A DNA stretch of 64,000 nt from Octopus sinensis (lineage: Eukaryota). The notes beneath the pieces were generated by a model. It was not told where the DNA came from and made no database searches. It saw only the letters and a program-made list of their open reading frames with translations. Positions 52,540-64,000 of the stretch are shown here, piece after piece. The translations under genes were made by a program, and so were the position numbers. Position 1 is the stretch's first letter, and every line of letters begins with the position of its first letter. The stretch is taken from the NCBI RefSeq assembly GCF_006345805.1, contig NC_042998.1:87234001-87298000 (forward strand), read 5' to 3'.

Positions 52540-52930
52540 AGTTAGACAAGGCTGGTTTATGGGGTTACAGCTTTACAGTGTATCATCAGATCCCAAAACC
52601 TGTTGTCTGATGGCCTCTCTAGAAAATGGACGAGGAAAAGGTTTTGTTACTTTGTCAACATCCGGGGATTGTCTCCCTTTGGCTGTTGATCATAAATGAC
52701 CCTGTTATCGTGTGGCTTCCAGTAGCCCAGCAGGAATTTCCTGAAGTACAAGCATGGTCCGAAGACCTCTACTCTGGAGTTAAGGATGTTCCTCGGTTGA
52801 GGACACACACACACTCAAATGCAGGCATGCATGGAAGATGGACATTAAACGATGATAATGATGATGATGATGATAATGATGATATATATATATATATATA
52901 TATATATGTATACACAATGAACTTCTTTCA

Positions 52931-53169
52931 GTTTCTTATTTATTTACTGCCCACAAGGGGCTACACACAGAGGGGACAAACAAGGACAGACAAAGGATTG
53001 AGTCGATTATATCGACCCCAGTGTGTAAGTGGTACTTATATTAATCGACCCCGAAAGGATAAAAGGCAAAGTCGACCTTGGCGGAATTTGAACTCAGAAC
53101 GTAGCAGTAGGTGAAATACTGCTAAGCATTTCACCCGGCATGCTAACATTTCTGCCAGCTCACCGCCTT
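52931..53169 (-). mobile_element. SINE (ggtgagctggcagaa family)
   Basis: atcgaccccgaaaggataaaaggcaaagtcgaccttggcggaatttgaactcag. Confidence 0.88.
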
Positions 53170-53174
53170 TTAGT

Positions 53175-53825
53175 TTCTGTCTACTTCTTTCAGTTTCTGT
53201 CTACCAAATCTACTAAGCTTTGGCCAGTCCTGGGGCTGCAGTAAAAGATATTTGGCTCAAGTACCATGTAGTAGGGAGGAACCCCAAGCAAACTGTTTGG
53301 GAACTGAACTTCTTAACCATGCTGCAATGACTGTGTATATATGCTTATATGTGTATGTGGTAAGAAGTTTGTTTCGCAACAACATAGTTTTATATTCAAC
53401 CAAGGCCTTGTGACTGCTTTTGGTAAATGGAAAGTGAAAGTAGCCCATTGGTATACATATGTACAGATGTGTATGTTTATATATGTGTGTGTGTATGTGT
53501 GTGTGTATGAGCGTATGTGTGTGTGGGGGGGCGTATGTATGTGTGTGTGTGTGCGCGTGTGTTTCCCTGTCTAATACCATGTGATGGTTGTAAATGAGCA
53601 TCATTGTCCTATAAGCAGGAGTGTTTATTTTTAGTCTTCTGTGGAAACATATCTGGTGATGAGAGAATATTAGTTTACTTGGAAGAAGGTGTGTTTTTGG
53701 TGACAAGAAGGGTATTTGGCCATAGAAAAACCTACCCCAACAAATTCCAGCCAACCCATGCCAGCATAGAAAAGTGGATATTAAAACATGATGATGACAA
53801 TGATGAAGATGATGATGATGATATA
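53175..53825. mobile_element. Two divergently oriented CORE-type SINE relics
   Basis: Antisense head at 53175-53335; sense head plus RTE-like tail with (GAT)n at 53345-53825. Confidence 0.65.
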
Positions 53826-54856
53826 CACGTATATATAATTACAGAAAACAAGATATTGAGTTTTCGCATCCTTCATTGTAATTTCCTTCATATAACCCCA
53901 GAGTCATGCTCAAACTAAACACAAATGGTGACAGAAATGATGAGAGGTATAAATAGATATAAAAAGGAGAAATAAAGCTGTTTGTTCATCCTGTAAGTCT
54001 TTCAATGTCACTGAACAGTTAATATTACAATAACAACCATATCTCTCACCATTATAACTATTTTTAGTTTGTTGATTTTGTTTTTAATCTTACTATTTTT
54101 ATTGTTGTTATTGTTCATGATGTAAACCTTTCGTATAATAGTCTTTATGAAGAAATCATTATTATTATCTAATTCTGCCGAGGTCGACTTTGCCTTTTAT
54201 CCTTTGAGGGTCGATGAAATAAGTACCAGTTACATACGAGGATCAATATAATCAACTAACCCCCTCCTACCAAATTTCAAGCCTTGTACCTTTAGTAGAA
54301 AGGATTATTATTATTATTATTATTATGATTATTATGCCATCAAAGTGACACTGGGGTAAAATATACAAAGCCCATCATGACTACCTGTCTGATAAGGGTG
54401 TACCAGGAACATGCATCACAACCATATTTGCGCGACATGATCTCATATCAAGATAAAAAGCACCTTGCAGGTGGGGCCCAGTTAGAATTTTCTTCAGGTC
54501 GAGTAGCCCATCCTGCTCAAAAGGTCCCTGAATAAGGGTTGTTTAAGGATGTTGAATGAAACACTCATGTTTCCAAGGGTGAATTATTCAAACCCCAAAG
54601 AATTCCTCTCAACACATAGCTATGATGCTCCCCCACTACTTCTGCTCATGATCAGAGATGCACATATCATCAGCCGCTAAGGGACATGCTCAACTGGTTA
54701 ACATCAAGTAACTGACAAGCAAATCTGTGGTATTGAGCAGAATATTTGCTGTAGCCTATCTTTTTTATACCAAGACAAAACAATGTACATGATAACACTT
54801 CCAATCAGTTAAGATCAGAAGCCATGAGAGTCACTGCCTGGTACTGCATCAGGGCA

Positions 54857-54869
54857 TTTATTATTATTA

Positions 54870-54921
<52 letters not shown>
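54857..54921. repeat. (ATT)n microsatellite
   Basis: About 21 units. Confidence 0.95.
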
Positions 54922-54922
<1 letters not shown>

Positions 54923-55484
54923 GTGTCATTATTATTGTTATTATTAGTTTTCTCATCTATATAATAACATGTTATAATTACTTTTATTATTTTTGTTATT
55001 ATCAGTTTTATTTTTCTATATAATTGCAGGTTGTTGTTATAATGACTTTAATCTTCATCACCATCATCATCATCATTATCACCGCCACCGTCATCGTCAT
55101 CATCGTCATCATCATCATCATTATTATTATCAGCAATTTTTTTCTATTTAATAGTGTGTTCTTACTATAATTACTCTCACTATTATTGTTGTCACCAGTT
55201 TTTGTTCTATATAATATCATATTAATAGCAGTCTGTAATAGGTATGTATGTCTGAGTAATAATAATTGAGATGGTTTTCTTGTGTATATGCACACAAGTT
55301 AACACAGCTACATATACAGTATATATGGCATTGTGAATCTTTAATTCATATCAAGTTACTTGAGGTTTTAATCTTGCTTCTAACATTTTTGAAGCCTTTT
55401 TATCTGTCCTAATTAAATTATAGGGGCTAGAGCTCAACTTGATATGATTTCCTACTCTGTGTGAAGATGGATATGTATCAATTC

Positions 55485-56997
55485 ATAGCCCCTCAGGTCG
55501 GTGGCCCTGCTCGATCTGTAGAAAAAGTGTAGGTAGAAAAACCCCATAAGATGTACCCAGTGTAAGCTATGGACACATAAGAGGTGCAGCAACATCAAAG
55601 GAAAATTAACCAAGAAGATAGCTTTCATGTGCGGTATATGCACAGGGGCAATAGACACCACAGATACTCAGAATACAGATTCCATCACACTCCAGGGGGA
55701 GAAACTAGAAGTAGTTGATAGCTTCTGCTACGTAGGTGACCAAGTCCGTAGTGGGGTGGATGCTCAGAGAGTGTTACCTCTAGAATAAGAATAGCTTGGG
55801 CAAAGTTTAGAAAGCTTCTACCCCAACTGGTGACAAAGAGTCTCTTGCTCAGAGTGAAAGTTAGATTGTACGACGCATGTGTGCAAACTGCCATGCTTCA
55901 CAGCAGTGAAACATGGGCTGTGACAGTGGAGGACTTGTGTAGGCTTGAAAGAAATGAACATCAAAGGAAAATTAACCGAGAAGATAGCTTTCGTGTGTGG
56001 CAGATGCACAGAGGCAAAAGGCACCACAGATACTCAGTAAACAGATTCCATCACACTCAAGGGGAGAAACTAGAAGTAGTTGATAGCTTCTGCTACCTCA
56101 GTAACCAAGCCTGTAGTGGGGGTGGATGCTCAGAGAGTGTTACCACTAGAATAAGAATAGCCTGGGCAAAGTTTAGAAAGCTCCTTGCCCTCCTGGCGAC
56201 AAAGGGTCTCTCGCTCAGAGGGAAAGGTAGATTGTACGATGCATGTGTGCAAACTGCCATGCTTCATGGCAGTGAAACATGGGAGGTGACTGGAGAGGAC
56301 GTGTGTAGGCTCGAAAGAAATGAAGATAGCATGATCTGCTGAATGTGTAATGTCAGTGTGCATGCACGACAGAGTGTAAGCACCCTGAGAGAAATGTTGG
56401 ATACAAGCAGCATCAGATGTGGTGTGCAAGAGAGACGTTTGCGCTGGTATGGTCATGTGCTATGGATGGCTGAAGAGAGATATGTGAAGAAGTGCCACTC
56501 CCAAACAGTTGAAGGAATCCGGGGTAGAGATAGACTCAGGAAGACATGGGTGAGGTGGTCAAGCATGACCTTCATATGTTGGGCCTCACAGAGGCAATGA
56601 TGAGAGACCAAGACCTCTTGAGATATGCTGCAACTGCGAAGACCCAACAAATGAAGTGAGTTCATGGCTTGCAGGAAGGCCTGCTGTGCTTACCTTGGAT
56701 CATAGGGTGACCTGCTGTGCTTGAGGAGACCTATTGAGTTAAGTACATCAACATTAAAATAAAAGTCAAATGGAAATTGTAGTTGTGATACCCATGCTAG
56801 TGGCATATAAAAAGCACCCACTGGACTCATGGAGTGGTTGGCATTAGGAAGGGCATCCAGCTGTTGAAACACTGCCAGATTAGACTAGAACCTGATGCAG
56901 CCTCCTGGCTTCCCAGACCCCAGTCGGACCGTCCAACCCATGCTAGCATGGAAAACGGACGTTAAACGATGATGATGATGATGATGATGATGATGAT
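55485..56997 (+). mobile_element. Degenerate RTE LINE 3' part with a 366-bp internal tandem duplication
   Basis: aacatcaaaggaaaattaacc at 55591 and 55957; RLRWYGHV and (GAT)n tail at 56968-56997. Confidence 0.92.
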
Positions 56998-56999
56998 AT

Positions 57000-57510
57000 A
57001 TATATATATATATATATTTGCTTGTGAAGACCTGGCAAGCTGAGTGAGATTGTAGCCATGGTCGATGCTACTGTCGCATAACCGGCCCATTTAAAAGTAC
57101 TTTTCAATTGTTGGGCAATATGCCGTGCTTGAGAAGACTTGTTGAGTCAAGTGAAATTGTGGTTGTGACTGATGCCAGTACCATCTGACTGGCACCCATG
57201 CCAGTGGCACATAAAAAGCACCATTTGAGTGTGGCTAATGTCAGTGCTGGTGGCATGTAAAAAGTACCATTCGAGCATGGTCAATGCCAGAGCCACCTGC
57301 CTCGCCCCCCATGCTAGTAGCACATAAAAAGTACACACACTACACTCTTGGAATGGTTAGCATTAGGAAGGGCATCCAGCTGTAGAAACCTTGCCAAATC
57401 AGATTGGAGCCTGGTGCAGCCTTCTGGCTTGCCAGTCCTCAGTCAGACTGCCCAACCCATGCCAGCATGGAAAGCAGACGGTGATGATGATGATGATGAT
57501 GATGATGGTG
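57000..57510 (+). mobile_element. RTE 3'UTR fragment with about three 65-bp units and a (GAT)n tail
   Basis: Homologous to 61440-61980. Confidence 0.82.
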
Positions 57511-57576
57511 ATATATATATATGTGTATGTGTATATGCATGTATGTATATGTGTGTGTGTATATATATATATATAC

Positions 57577-58112
57577 GTTTAAATATTTGTTGTGCAAGAT
57601 TTTTTATGTGAAGTCGTGTGTTGAAACAGATATTGTTATATTTCGGAATGGTCATATTGCCAGTTTAGCCAATAAAAACACACGCACTATATATTTGGTG
57701 TTATTTTGCTTCAGTGATATTTATTTTTTACATTAATCTTAATCTTATTTCAGCCAGAGTTCTTTCGTCACACTCCTGTGACCGCATCAGTGGTCCTTTG
57801 TTTTCTTCTTTCGTATTTGTGTCTCTCCTTACTAACCGTCAGCCATTTTGTATTTCTATTGTATGTCTTCATTTGCGCATGCTTATATCTCTATGTGCGT
57901 CTATGTTTATTTAGTGTGTGTGGGGGGGATGCCTGTAATATTTGTATCTTCTGTTTATATACATTCATGTAATTTGTATTTTGTTTTTGTTGTTGTTGCT
58001 TTTGTTCTAATTTTGTTCATGTGTTTACATCCACCCATTATTATCATTACATATGCTTGTATGTATGTATAACAACAATATTAGTAATAATAATAATAAA
58101 TCTAATCGAAAA

Positions 58113-58145
<33 letters not shown>

Positions 58146-58168
58146 CATATACACATATATATACACAT

Positions 58169-58207
<39 letters not shown>

Positions 58208-58600
58208 CATATACATACATAGATACATATACATATATATAGTTATTCATTTCTATTTGTTTATCTATCTGTGTATTTATTTATTATGTTTTCGGGATCC
58301 TCTATCGTCATATGTTGTGGTGTGTGCTATTGCTCCATTCTAGTTTTCTATTCAGGCTAGGTTTATTTTCTATTATATGTGTAGCTTCTGTAATTTGTCT
58401 AATTGTTGCATGTGTTCTATGTGTGGACAATATCTTAATCTCTATGTTATTGATTGATCCCCCGTGTTCCTGTTCGGCGTGTTGGTACAGAATCGATGAG
58501 CTTTTACCTTCCTTGAGTTGTCTCCAATGTTCATTCACCCGCTCTCCTATGCTTCTTGCCATTTTCCCTAATACTATATATATGTATCAGTCGCCATGAT
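57577..58600 (-). mobile_element. 3' end of a Penelope-like element: GIY-YIG C-terminus, microsatellite-invaded UTR, pLTR with hammerhead-like motif
   Basis: ORF 58308-58562 GKMARSIGERVNEH...SSILYQHA..EH...IKIL...IRQITEA.HI.ENKPSLNRK; hammerhead-like motif at 57754-57793 on the same strand. Confidence 0.78.
57754..57793 (-). ncRNA. Minimal type I hammerhead-like motif (copy B)
   Basis: cca-CUGAUGC-g-gucac aggagu gugac-GAAA-GAACUC-ugg; stem I cca/ugg, 5-bp stem II; core A9 replaced by C. Confidence 0.55.
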
Positions 58601-58619
58601 AGATCATCGTCATATATAT

Positions 58620-58816
58620 ATATATATATCAGTCACCATGATAGATCGGTAGCCACTACACAATTTTTTTCTCTCCTTGTTTATTTCTGTGTCCCTTTCT
58701 GTAGAAGAGCGTAGGCTTGAAACGTAAAAGACTTTTTCAATTCCTGAGCATTATACTAATACATCTGTTTGTTTTCTACACCACCTGTCTTCATCTTTTG
58801 TTTTTTCGTGAACTCT

Positions 58817-58830
<14 letters not shown>
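58620..58830 (+). mobile_element. pLTR-like repeat with a degenerate hammerhead-like motif
   Basis: cttt-CUGUAGA-a-gagc gtag gctt-GAAA-CGUA-aaag at about 58695-58729; palindromic ACGU. Confidence 0.5.
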
Positions 58831-58895
<65 letters not shown>

Positions 58896-60049
58896 GGAGA
58901 GAGAGAGAGTTGGAACTTGAGGGAAATCCAGGAAGGCATAGGATGTGGTAGTAAAGGACAACTTTAGAACACTGAACCTTTCAGATGAAATGACAGAGGA
59001 CTGAGATACCAGGTGCTTTCTGTGCTCAAGAAGACCCTTTCTCTACTGTAGAAGTGTTAAGGCCACTCCCTCAGGTAGAAAGGATTGATCTGCAAGAGCC
59101 TTGTGCCAGTGACATGTACAAAACACTCATGCCGGTGTCACATAAAAGCATTTGTGCCAGTGCCACATTAAAAGCACCCATCACACACCGTAAAGTGGTT
59201 GACATTAGGACAGGCACCCAGCTGTAGAAACCAGGCCAAATCAGGCTAGAAACTGGTGCAGCTTCCCAGCTCTGGTCAAACCATCCAACCTATGCCAGCA
59301 TGGGAAATGAACATTAAAAGATGATGATGAGGATGATGATGATGAGGATGATGATGATGATATATGTATGCACATGTAGCTTAGACTCTGTTCATTTTGT
59401 AATACGAACTCATGTTATCTTGTTCCATGAACAAGACTCCAGTTTTATGTTATTTGTTGTTCATTGCTTTATCCTTTACAGCTAATTTTATTTGGATTTC
59501 TTTTTTTTTTTATTCCTATTTTTTAATCAGTAGCTTATTTTTATACTTTCTATAAAAATTTCTATACTTTTATATTTTTAAATTTATTTCTTTTTTATTC
59601 ATTATTTATTATTTTGTATTCTTGTTATTCCTTCTTTATATTTATTGTTATTTATTTTGGTTCCTTATTAATTTTAGTTCATATCATTTGATTGAGTCAT
59701 TATGTGAAATTTTCTTTTCTTTGTCTCCTATTTGTGTTTTTACTTTTATTGGTTTATTTTTATTTGTGATTTTGATATTAATTTTTACTCTTCATTTCTA
59801 TATTTTTACTAATGTATTACATTAATTTTCAATTTTTTTCTCTAATCATTATTTTCTGTCTCTTTTATAAATATTTACTGAGCACATCTGTCATTATTTG
59901 TATTTTGTCTGAGCTTGATTCTATGATGTAAGAGCAATATTTTCAACCCATTTTATATTTTGATATCCTCATGTGATAAGGCAATAACAAAGAACCATCC
60001 TTGAGAAAACTTGTCCTACAAAGTAAAATCAAGGCCTTAAAGGCATGTT

Positions 60050-60770
60050 GTTTATGCCCATTCCCTTATATATAATCTGTCCTTGACAAATCTCTCTCCC
60101 ACAACTCATATTCCCAACACTTCACCCCATCTTCCACCTAGATTTGCAACCCACTCTTTAATCCCCTTTTGCACTCTCATAAACCCCCCTTCACACAATG
60201 TGATCCCTTTCAAATTTTTTTGCCACAACATATCCTCCTAACAACCCTCCCTCTACCTGTGTACACTCCACTCCATGTCCCTCTTTTCTTCTCCAATCTT
60301 GTAAATTTAACTCACCCTCCAAACTTCATTCTCTGCGATCCTTGCTTCCACTTCACTTATATAAATCTTTTCATAACTTGAGTGTTCCCCTCATCACATT
60401 TTCCATTCTCCATTCTCTCCACCTAGCTGAGGTATCTACGCATCTCTTCCACTGCAAGATGCTTATTTCTGTTCCTCTATTCATACTCCAACCCTTTATC
60501 ACCTGGCACAAAGCCACCTCCCTCAATATTACTCCTTTTCTCAATTGAAGGGCCTCAGCTTGCAAGTTACTTGGTGATCTCACTGCTGCTGGTGCTACAT
60601 AAAAAGCACCCAGTATTCCCTGCAAAGTGGTTGGCATTAGGAAGAGCTTGGTGCAGTCTTCTGACTTGCCAGTTTTTGTCAAACTATCTAACCCATGCTA
60701 GCGAGGGAGGAGGACATTAAATTATGATGATCATCATCATCGTCGTCATCATCATCATCATCATCATTGA
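60050..60770 (+). mobile_element. Non-autonomous element: pyrimidine-rich body plus RTE-type tail
   Basis: C/T-rich 500 bp, then ggtgctacataaaaagcaccc...aacccatgc; same family as 35150-35680. Confidence 0.55.
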
Positions 60771-61073
60771 AACAATTGTGATGAAGGACTCATAATATCA
60801 TTAACTTGTTCTCTGTGATTATTTCAAGTATATGATGTTTTTTTAATGTCATAGCCTGATTCCAAATATATACCATTCTTTAAAATATTAAATGTGCATT
60901 ATAGGAATGCTGCAGTCTAACATCTTTCAAATGCATCATGCATTTTAGTACATCACTGTATGTGTGTGTGTGGTGTGTGTGTGTGTGTACGTGTGAGCAT
61001 GCATATATATATATATATATATTCCTTAGAGTGTAGGCGAGAATGATATGCCATAATATACATCTAGAAGATC

Positions 61074-61313
61074 TTGGAAGGACTTGTCCCAAACTTTGGC
61101 ATCGAGAGTTACACAAATACTAGAACTGGGCACCACTGCATAGTGCCAAGGACTCTAAATTTGACATCAAAATGTAGGACAAGATACTGCAATAGCCTGG
61201 GCTTCAGAGCTCCACATCTCTTCAATATCCTCCAGAAGGGCCTGAGAGACCTGCATGGGGTGGATGTAGGTGTCTCAAAAATAAAGCTGGACCTCTTCCT
61301 GTCAGGTGTCCCA
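61074..61313 (+). mobile_element. CR1/L2-group LINE 3' fragment
   Basis: GHHCIVPR...RYCNSLGFRAPHLFNILQKGLRDLHGVDVGVSKIKLDLFLSGVPD. Confidence 0.8.
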
Positions 61314-61980
61314 GATGTGGAAGAGTTAGACCCAGAAAGACCTTGGATGAGGTGGTGAAGCATGTTGGGCCTCACCAAGGAGATGACAAGTGACTAAGAC
61401 CTGTGGAGATATGTTGTGCTTGAGAAGACCCAGCAAGCCAAGTGAGACTGTAACCATGCCCTATGCCAGTGCAGCATAACCAGTCCATTTAAGAGTACCC
61501 TTCAATCATTGAACGATAAACTGCACTTGCGAAGACTTGTTGATGTAAGTGAAGTTGTTGTTGTGGCTGATGACAGTACCGCCTGACTAGCACTCATGCC
61601 AGTGGTACGTAAAAAGTACCATTCAAGCATGGTCGATGTTAGTGCCGCCTGACTGGTCTCATACAGATGGCACATAAAAAGCACCATTTGAGCGTGATCA
61701 TTGCCAGTGCTGCCTGACTGGTCCTGTGCTGGTGGCACATAAAAAGCACCATTCAAGCGTGGTCGATGCCAGTGCTGCCTGACTGGCCCCGATGCTGGTG
61801 GAATGTAAAAAGCACCCACTACACTCTTGGAATGGTTGGTGTAAGGAAGGGTATCCAGCTGTAGAAACTTTGCCAGATTGGATTGAAGCCTAGTGCAGCC
61901 TTCTGGTTTGCCAGCCCTCAGTCAAACCATCCAACCCATGACAGCATGGAAAGTGGACATTAAACAACGACGATGATGAT
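61314..61980 (+). mobile_element. RTE 3' end with four 65-66-bp units and a (GAT)n tail
   Basis: aaaaagcacc-type units at 61611, 61676, 61741 and 61807; RPRKTWDEVVK relic at the start. Confidence 0.88.
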
Positions 61981-62599
61981 ATATAAATCCATAAGAGTCT
62001 GTGCACACACACACACTCATATTGGTAAGAAAAAGAAGAAGAAATGAAGTAATTTTTCCTTAGTTTATTTATATACAGGTAGAATTTTCCAAAGAAACGA
62101 AGTAAAATGAAATAAAATAGAATAAAACAGAACATTTATGTTATTACATTTAATGATCTTTATAGCTGGACATGCTTTCTAACACTTGTGACTTTACAGG
62201 GTGTTCTGAATGTGTTTTATTGTGGCTCTAACATTAGAGCAGTTACCATGTCCTTAGACTGACACAAGGTCCTCTCAACCCTACATTGTTTCCTTTCATT
62301 TGCTAACAACTTTATAAAGTGAACTGGGTACATGGCACCAGCACTGGTGAGGTTAGATGGTGTCTTGCAAGACAAAAGGATCTTCAATACTCTATGTTGT
62401 CGTTTATTCAAAGCAACATGACAATAGAATGAGTAGAACAGAGAGTGATGACAAAAGAACCAAGGTGAGTGGGTAAAGAGAGAGAGTGTGTGTGATAAGA
62501 GAAACAGTGATAGATTGGCAAGGGAAAATCAAAGCAGCAGGTGAGAAAAGCAGATGGAGATTCAACATGGACGTATTAGGTGAACAACTGACAAAGATG

Positions 62600-63010
62600 T
62601 GCCTCCTTGCCTCCATCACTACCACCAGTTTAATGTTTATTTCACCATGCTTGCACTAGTGAATGAGTTTTCTCAGCATCATGTATGGCTAATGGTTGTA
62701 GTCCTATGCCATTTCCTATGTAAGTATCAGCATCCTGAGATCAGTCCTCATCACTTTATCAAGTGTCTTTCCACTCATTTCGACTGTCTGACACTTCTTT
62801 GTACTGTTGTCATTCTCCATACACTTCATTGGCACAGTCTTTGATCTAGCTCACTATGACTGATTTTCCTTACTTCCAGTTTTTCACTCAACTCATTTGT
62901 ATTCTGACATTTACATAACTCACTTGAAAATGTCTGTTTAATAGCTTACTAGTCTTTACAATTCCTCAGTATTCATGACCCTCATCTTACTATCATGCAA
63001 CATCAAAGTT
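62600..63010 (-). mobile_element. Old RTE 3' relic
   Basis: KKCQTVEMSGKTLDKVMRTDLRMLILT.EMA resembles the RTE C-terminus. Confidence 0.6.
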
Positions 63011-63465
63011 CATACACAATTATCATGCAATCTATTCTTCATCCTGAGAAATAAAGCCTATCAGAGGCATATCTAAGGCTTCTCTTGGTCAGAACTGAAC
63101 ATGCATCCACACCTGGGCAAAGGTTTTCAAAAAGACTACTCATTGCTAATGTAACAAGTTTCTCCTCTCTATGCCATTGATATTTTCCAAAGGAATGATA
63201 AGGCTGGTATGGCTTGGCACCAGTGTTGTGGCAGGTAGTGCCTTCAGAATACATTGAGCTGTAACTGATACCACAAAGTATTTTGTCCAGCACTCCAACC
63301 ATTCCACTAATCCACCCAACCCCATTGCATCAGCTATGCTTTATTATCCTCAAAAGTAAGAAAGGCAAAAGTCGATCTTGGTAGAATTTGAAGCATGATT
63401 AAAGAGTGCAGAGAGAGGAAAGTGAGTGGAGCAAACCTCAATATATAATGAGTCAGGGGTGCTAC

Positions 63466-63820
63466 TGGATAGCAATGATACAGAGGAACAGGGTCATGAG
63501 GACAAGATTGAGGAGTAAGAGCTTGGCATAGTGTTTGAAGGAGGAAATGTGAGGAAGAGAAGAGATGTAGATTGGTTTGTTGGGGTAGGGTGTGTGAAAA
63601 GTTTTCTTGTTACTTGTGGGTGGAACTCACAGATCAGGCGTTAGTGGATAGCAGTGATACAGTGAGACAGGGCCAAGAGGACAAGATTGGCGAGTGGGAG
63701 GTAAGCATAATGAATGAAGTAGAAATGTGAGGAAGAGAAGAAATATAGAGATGTAGTTTGGTTTGCTGTGGCACGGTGTTTGAAAAATTTCCTTGTTAAA
63801 CGTGGGTGGGATACACAGCA
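63466..63820. repeat. Diverged tandem duplication, period about 179 bp
   Basis: tggatagca(a/g)tgatacag...gaggacaagatt...gaaatgtgaggaaga...agagatgtag at 63466 and 63645. Confidence 0.8.
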
Positions 63821-63859
63821 CTTCTAGAACTCAGTTTTATTGATGTGGGTGGGTCTTCT

Positions 63860-64000
63860 CAAGTACCTCATATTGCCAGACATCTCAGTCTATTGTCATT
63901 TCCTCCGTGATGCCAAACATTCTTTCAGTGACCAGCACTTCTTTATACAGCTATCTTCATTCATAGCCATCACATATCCAAACCAATGCTACATTTGATT
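63860..64000 (-). mobile_element. RTE 3' relic, runs off the window
   Basis: WFGYVMAMNEDSCIKKCWSL and cttgagaagaccc on the minus strand. Confidence 0.65.

Noticed and set aside
9492-59000. Dozens of YI/HT/CV-rich and poly-D/H/V/Y ORFs in the ORF track
   Set aside because: Translations of (TA)n, (CA)n and trinucleotide microsatellites; not genes.

Overview
AT-rich, microsatellite-dense eukaryotic DNA. The repeat landscape (tRNA-derived SINEs, RTE LINEs with (GAT)n tails, Penelope-like elements, mariners, Helitrons, abundant (TA)n/(CA)n) points to a coleoid cephalopod, probably Octopus; this is an inference. The only host coding sequence I can support is one 127-bp + strand exon (31991-32117). 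It encodes S2 and the S2-S3 linker of a KCNQ1/Kv7.1-type K+ channel, matching human exon 3 in length and phase. No neighbouring KCNQ1 exon was found by eye, so the rest of the window is probably two introns of more than about 32 kb filled with transposon relics. Most supplied ORFs are microsatellite or TE artefacts. The best leads are several hammerhead-ribozyme-like motifs tied to Penelope-type repeats, three strong hairpins in the putative pre-mRNA, a SINE with a twin-priming-type 5' inversion, nested Helitrons, and a PHD finger inside the RTE ORF. All alignments and folds were done by eye; repeat boundaries are approximate (about +/-20 bp) unless termini are quoted.
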